DNA from: the human T2T-CHM13v2.0 reference genome, Homo sapiens
Assembly (NCBI RefSeq): GCF_009914755.1
Contig: NC_060937.1
DNA length: 64,000 nt
Strand: one strand, 5' to 3'
A model generated the notes under the pieces. It searched no databases and was not told where the DNA came from. It was given only the letters and a program-made list of their open reading frames with translations. Below are positions 58,552 to 64,000 of the stretch, piece by piece (positions within the stretch are counted from its first letter, which is position 1; every line of letters starts with the position of its first letter). Made by a program: the position numbers and the translations under genes.

Positions 58552-58854
58552 TTTTTTTTTTTTTTTTTTTTTTTTTGGAGACAGAGTCTTGCTCTTTCAC
58601 CCAAGCTGGAGTGCAGTGGCGCGATCTCGGCTCACTGCAGGCTCCGCCCCCCGGGGTTCACACCATTCTCCTGCCTCAGCCTCCCACGTAGCTGGGACTA
58701 CAAGGCGCCCGCCACCTCGCCTGGCTAATTTTTTTTTTTTTTTTTTTTTTTTTTTTGTATTTTTAGTAGAGACGGGGTTTCACCATGTTAGCCAGGATGG
58801 TCTCGATCTCCTGACCTCGTGATCCGCCCGCTTCGGCCTCCCAAAGTGCTGGGA
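58552..58854 (-). mobile_element. AluY (AluYe5-like), 5' truncated, expanded central linker
   Basis: Sense strand reads GGCGAGGTGG and AACCCCGGGGGGCGGAGCCTGC; TSD-like GGATTTTAGTTTT/GAATTTTAGTTTT. Confidence 0.9.
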
Positions 58855-59441
58855 GAATTTTAGTTTTAAAACTAGCTCTTTGTTACTATCTGAATTAATT
58901 TTTCCACAATTTTGTAAGGAAAAATAATGCCTCCTTTGAATTTCATGTGTAGATGAGTTTTTTAGTTTTGTGTCATTTTGTCCAATAAATTCTGAAAATA
59001 TTTGTATTAAGTGTATTCTCTCTGCACAACTATACATATAAGAGCGCTCAATAGAAAGAATAAAGAGGAAAAAGCACTGGGTCTATATTTATACAAAACA
59101 AGCTACCAGCATAGCCCACTAGGAGTGGTCATGATATAATCAGGAATGTTATATTCACAGGTTGTAGATCTGCATATGAGAAGAGGGTTTGCAGATAACA
59201 GATTCTATAAAAGTTGCCTAATCAGACAGTAAATGCAGGTGTTGAAGTACTGAACAAAAATAAACTGCTTTAATTACTCATAAGAGGGAAGTACAAGTCA
59301 TTATTCCATCCGCTAATTTACAGACTGTAAGATACCCTTTAAAAGCAGCAGTAAGTAAACTCTTGATAAAATTTACTCTATGACAAATCAACTGCCTTTC
59401 TTCCTTTGAAGAAGTGCCTTTCTTTTTAATGACTATCTTTG

Positions 59442-59713
59442 TGTTTTGAGATGAGGTCTCTGTCACCCAGGTTGGAGTTCAGTGGCATGATCAATCACTG
59501 TAGCCTCGATCTTCAGCTCAAGTAATCCTCCTGCTTCAGCCTCCTGGGTAGCTGGGACTACAGGTGTGCACCATCATGCCTGGCTATTTTTTAAAATTTT
59601 TTTGTAGAGATGGGGTCTCACTATGTTAGCCAAGCTGGTCTCAAACTTCTGGACTCAAGCACTCCTGCCACTCAAAGTGCTAGGATTACAGGTGCGAGCC
59701 ACCAAGCCCAGCC
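59442..59713 (-). mobile_element. AluJ
   Basis: TSD TAATGACTAT(C/T)TTTG at 59427-59441 and 59714-59728. Confidence 0.93.
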
Positions 59714-61902
59714 TAATGACTATTTTTGAAAAAAGAAACACATTACTCTCCCTTGTTAATCACTTTTATGTACAAAAATGTGTTTTAATGTTGATCTGTT
59801 TAGTATATCATTTTCTTTCTACATAAATAACACATTTATACATATGTATGTATGGATATATTTGTAATGTTAAAATTGTGTTTAAGTGATGTTTACTAAA
59901 CAGGATAAAATTTCATTTGGAAAATTGAGATGTGAAATTTTATCTAGTTAATCTGTAGTCCTTTCCCTTATGGTGTCCAGCTCTATGCAGCTCTGCCTCC
60001 AGATTATGTAAATATCAATTCATATTCAAATGAATTTGAAATTTAGCTTTCAACATTTGCCTTTTCAATTCTTCTTGAAATTATTGTGGTAATATTATTT
60101 CCTATCCACTAGCATACTTTTTAATCCCAACAGCAAAGTTTCTGAAAAGACCACTAGTTCTTCAATTGAACACAGTTACTGACACCTCACTATTCAACAG
60201 GAGGATAGAGATGCCCACAGCCCCTCTCCTTCAACCACATACGTCCAAGTAAAACTGGTATTTTTTTCTTTTAAAAAATATAGACATAATTATTTTCCAT
60301 ATTATTGAATACATTTCTATTGTAACCTCAGTTCCACTCTTCAGAATCCTTTGTTCGATTTTCTTCTGGTTGATCTGATCCACTCACACTTCTCTACTAG
60401 TTGCTCCAGAGCCAATGGGCTTAGTCACAGGGTGGGGAGTCACATTTGTGGGGGTTGGGTGAAAGTTCTGGTTCAGGTCTGCATCTCTGTTCACCATCAT
60501 TTATGATGATGCTGTAACTCACTTCTGCTCTTTGAGAAGTCACACAAACAATTGCTGAATTAATCTGTCAGGTCTAACTGTCATTCAGCTATGTCTCACC
60601 GAGCCTCTTCTGGACAAATCCGTGCTGTTCTCAAGAATACTTAGGTGATTTTATCCTTTGTGGAAAGGCTACAGGCAATAGATGCGATAGGGAGAAGTAT
60701 GTGGAAGACTGACCCCCATAGCTGTTCCCATATGCAACTTTTGAATCTTCTTCATTTCTGCTTCTCTTCCCAGTTCTTATCCATGGTGATTTTTGGAAAA
60801 ACTGCCTCTACATTGGCATTGTGTGTACTCAGAGTGGAGGGTCTCTTCTTCTTAGCCAGACTATCAGGACAATTCTATTCACCTTCAGACTTCCAAATGT
60901 CATTACATCTTCTTAGTGCCTGACCTCCTTTTCTCTCATTCACAGGATATTCATGGCTCCTTTTAAATGGGATAGTGGCCAAGTGAAGAGTTTGTCTTTT
61001 CTGAAAAGATTGCTGAAATGTGAGGAAAGTGCCAAATTTATTTGCTTATAAAATTTTAAAAGAGAAAAAAATTAGGATTGGAATGAACGTAAGGATATTT
61101 TCATCCAATTACCTCATTCGATTGTAATAATCAAGGTCAGAAGAAATAAACTTCAGTCTTTGCTAGAAGCAACTTGCGACAAATCACACATCTACAGACT
61201 CTGCCATTCATCCAGTGACAGCAGCAATGTTCCAAACATCACATGGTATACCGAAATATAGCAATTAAAATAGTTTTACAGATGCAGATCAAGCAGTAAT
61301 TACTTTGCCCAGGAATCTTAAAAAGAAATTGTATGTGGAGAGCAGGAAGCTTAGGCAATTTAGGGTGCCTTTTGTCTTTGCAGTGACAATTTACCTTGGG
61401 CTCTCAGTGACGTTTTTATGGGTTTTAAAACACAGCGCTTTTTTTTTTTTAACTTTTTTTTTAATCTGCTGGCCCTTTTGCTTTTAGCAGCCATAGACTT
61501 CTTGGCCTCAAAGGCTCAGATGTCCGAAACTTCTGAAGAGATACTGCCTTCAGCTGCTTCTCAGTAGCAGCGAGGTGTGAACACGTAGCTCCGATTACGC
61601 TTCTGCTTGCTTCAGCCTGCTGGTGCTTAATTAGGTGCTTATCCTAACGCCTTAGAACATACTTTCTGTAGATGGTTTAATTCCAACCATCATATATGCT
61701 TTTTCTCAGTGTTTCTCCAGCTTCTCAAAACTTCCCTGTAAATGAGGCCTTGTAGGCAGTTTTCTTGCTATAACCTCACCTTCCATTCAGCACAGAAACA
61801 GCATCCATTGCTGTTACGCAATGGATAAAATTGTGTAATAATGGTTATGGTTTCATACCTTTAATGTTAGTGGCAGACTTTCCTCCTGGCCTATAGGTCA
61901 GT

Positions 61903-61939
<37 letters not shown>

Positions 61940-62285
61940 TAGCCATCTAATTTTATTCCTTACATTCATTCTTAAAGAAGCAAAAACCTTTTTTATCTTT
62001 CTCTTCAGAATGGTTAAAATATACTGGCAACAAAAAAAAGCAATTTTTACAAATGATTTAAAGCATGCAAATCATTTGCTTACTATTTTTCACACTAAAC
62101 ATACAAAGAATATAGACATTATGTATGTTCCAATCACATTGATCCTGCAGAAAATAACTATTCTTTGATACTGGTTTTCCTTTGATCACAAATAGATGTG
62201 AGGGCAAAATGCCCTGTCTTATCACTTATTTATAAATAACTGATGGCCAAAATGGATAATTGTCATGATAGAAGTTATTGACACT

Positions 62286-62498
62286 GGCTGGGTGGGGTGG
62301 CTTATGCTTGTAATCCTAGCACTTTGGGAGGCCAAGAAAGGCAGGATCACCTGAGGTCAGGAGTTTGAAACCAGCCTGGCCAACATGTCTAAACCCTGTC
62401 TCTACTTTAAAAAAAAAAAACTATTTGGTTTTGGTGGCGGGCACGTGTAATTCCAGTTACTTTGGGAGGCTGAAGCAGGAAAGAAACTTGCAGCCTGG
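62286..62498 (+). mobile_element. AluS, 3' truncated
   Basis: Left monomer, linker and part of the right monomer. Confidence 0.9.
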
Positions 62499-64000
62499 AA
62501 AACATTCACAAGATTGTTATATGACATTTATAACAGGAGTACTTCCTATATCAACTTACTAGAATTTTGGAGACTGACTTTAAAATATGATAATAAAAAA
62601 GAAAAGGCAGGGAATTGAACTTTCTTCTCATGTTTATTACAAATTTTACAGGGAGCCAGAGTCTCATTTATGTCACCTTAGATTATTTTACAAGTTTGGA
62701 CTTGCAAAAATGTGGCAAAGTTTGAATGCCTGATACCTTTTTTTGGAAAGCAGCTAGAATATGTAATGCACTGACCTTTTGGTGTTCATTTTGATTGGTT
62801 AATGATTACGCCTTTACAGCTCCGTCAGATTGTAAACAAGGGGACAAAACTGAATATATAAGGTCAGAGAAGTGTAGTGACAAAATTTATGAATGCCCTA
62901 TACATTTCCTATGAATAAAAAATGATTAAAATTCATATTTGCCTTTTAAATACATACATAAGAAACAGATATTAAAAATTAATTCAAAGCATACATTACC
63001 AAATATATTCTTAATTTTGTATTGAATAAACCTTATTTAGGTGTACCTTTTTCTACGAAGATGTCTTCATTAAACTATTTTCCAAATTATTTTTAAAGAT
63101 GAATAGCATTGAGTTTGCATATAGTTACGATAGTACTGAAAAGTCCTCAAAATTTAGGTTTTCGTTTTCAGCTTTGTTTCTCTTTTCTAGTGAATAATGA
63201 CTTAATAAATAATCATTTAACAAAATCGAAATCTCAAAGGTACATATAAACAATATAAATAACCATCCTTACTACAGTTAACTTTGTGCTTTTCTTTTAA
63301 AAAAAAAAAGCATCCAAATAAAGACAGACATATTCATGTAATAAAATCTTAGCAATCCCTGCAATAATCTGCCAGAATTATCAGCCCTCCCATCTTAACT
63401 CCGGACAGAATGAAAAAAAAAAAAAAAAAAAAAAAAACTAGTTCTCTCATATTATTCTTTGAGCTCCAACTAGGAAAAATTACTGAAAACAGCCAGATGT
63501 TACAACTGTTTTGAGCAGGGAAGTCACACCGTGCAGGAGGACTCCATGGTAGAAACTGTTTAAAAAAGGTTCTTTTTACTTGAAATTACACAAGAAAGCA
63601 GAAAATGACATTGCAAAAAGGAAAAAAAGTATAGGCAGGAACATTGTTAACAGAAGCCAGGTGACAATGAGAAGTAAAGAGTAGAAAGCAAGCAACACTT
63701 TTGACCATTGAGAATGAGGAAAGTGGAAATTGAATGGCTCATGGATAAAAATAGTCACCCACATGTTAATAACATATGTGTTCTGCAGAGTCAGACTTCT
63801 GCATACACAGAGAGCATCTCTACTGCATGCATGAATTGTGTGTGAGTTTGCTGATAATGAAGAGAGACAAGCTGCTGCATCAACTAATATACTCTGGGAG
63901 TGAAGAGCAGGATAAAAAAAAACTGTAGAGACCACTACTCTAGGTCATTTAAGTATTTTAAGGAGAGAAAAATAACATAATAGAAGAAAGTAATAATTAT

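Noticed and set aside
61395-61640. Faint resemblance of the minus-strand translation to K/A-rich ribosomal protein tails (RPL4/RPL14)
   Set aside because: Only compositional similarity; no alignable stretch
63413-63437. A25 tract as a plus-strand retrocopy tail
   Set aside because: The nearest AATAAA is ~67 nt upstream and no TSD is seen; treated as a simple homopolymer
63576-63935. 119-aa ORF with a hydrophobic C-terminus
   Set aside because: GTG start; the hydrophobicity is explained by the T-rich strand; no recognisable homology

Overview
AT-rich, CpG-depleted primate DNA, almost certainly human or great ape (AluY and AluYe5-type copies are present). It reads as intergenic or deep-intronic sequence. 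I recognise no protein-coding exon, RNA gene or CpG island; the supplied ORFs are Alu-, L1- or LTR-derived or chance. The window is a mosaic of about 18 Alu/FLAM copies, old and primate L1 fragments, L2/MIR relics, MaLR (MLT1/MST/THE1), ERV1 (MER4-group) and ERVL (LTR16) LTRs, and hAT DNA transposons (MER1A, MER5B). Between these are repeat-free blocks that carry developmental TF motifs. The most notable items read directly from the sequence are: (1) a ~105-bp patchwork templated insertion at 26944-27049, including a perfect 45-bp inverted copy of 27609-27653; (2) an AT-rich inverted repeat at 11013-11264; (3) snap-back palindromes at an L1 internal-deletion junction; (4) a twin-primed L1; (5) a trimeric Alu inside one TSD pair; (6) an unidentified gene-like or retrocopy-like minus-strand region at 58.9-64 kb. 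I see no convincing new biological system. Repeat subfamily names come from recalled consensus motifs, and boundaries of old elements are approximate.
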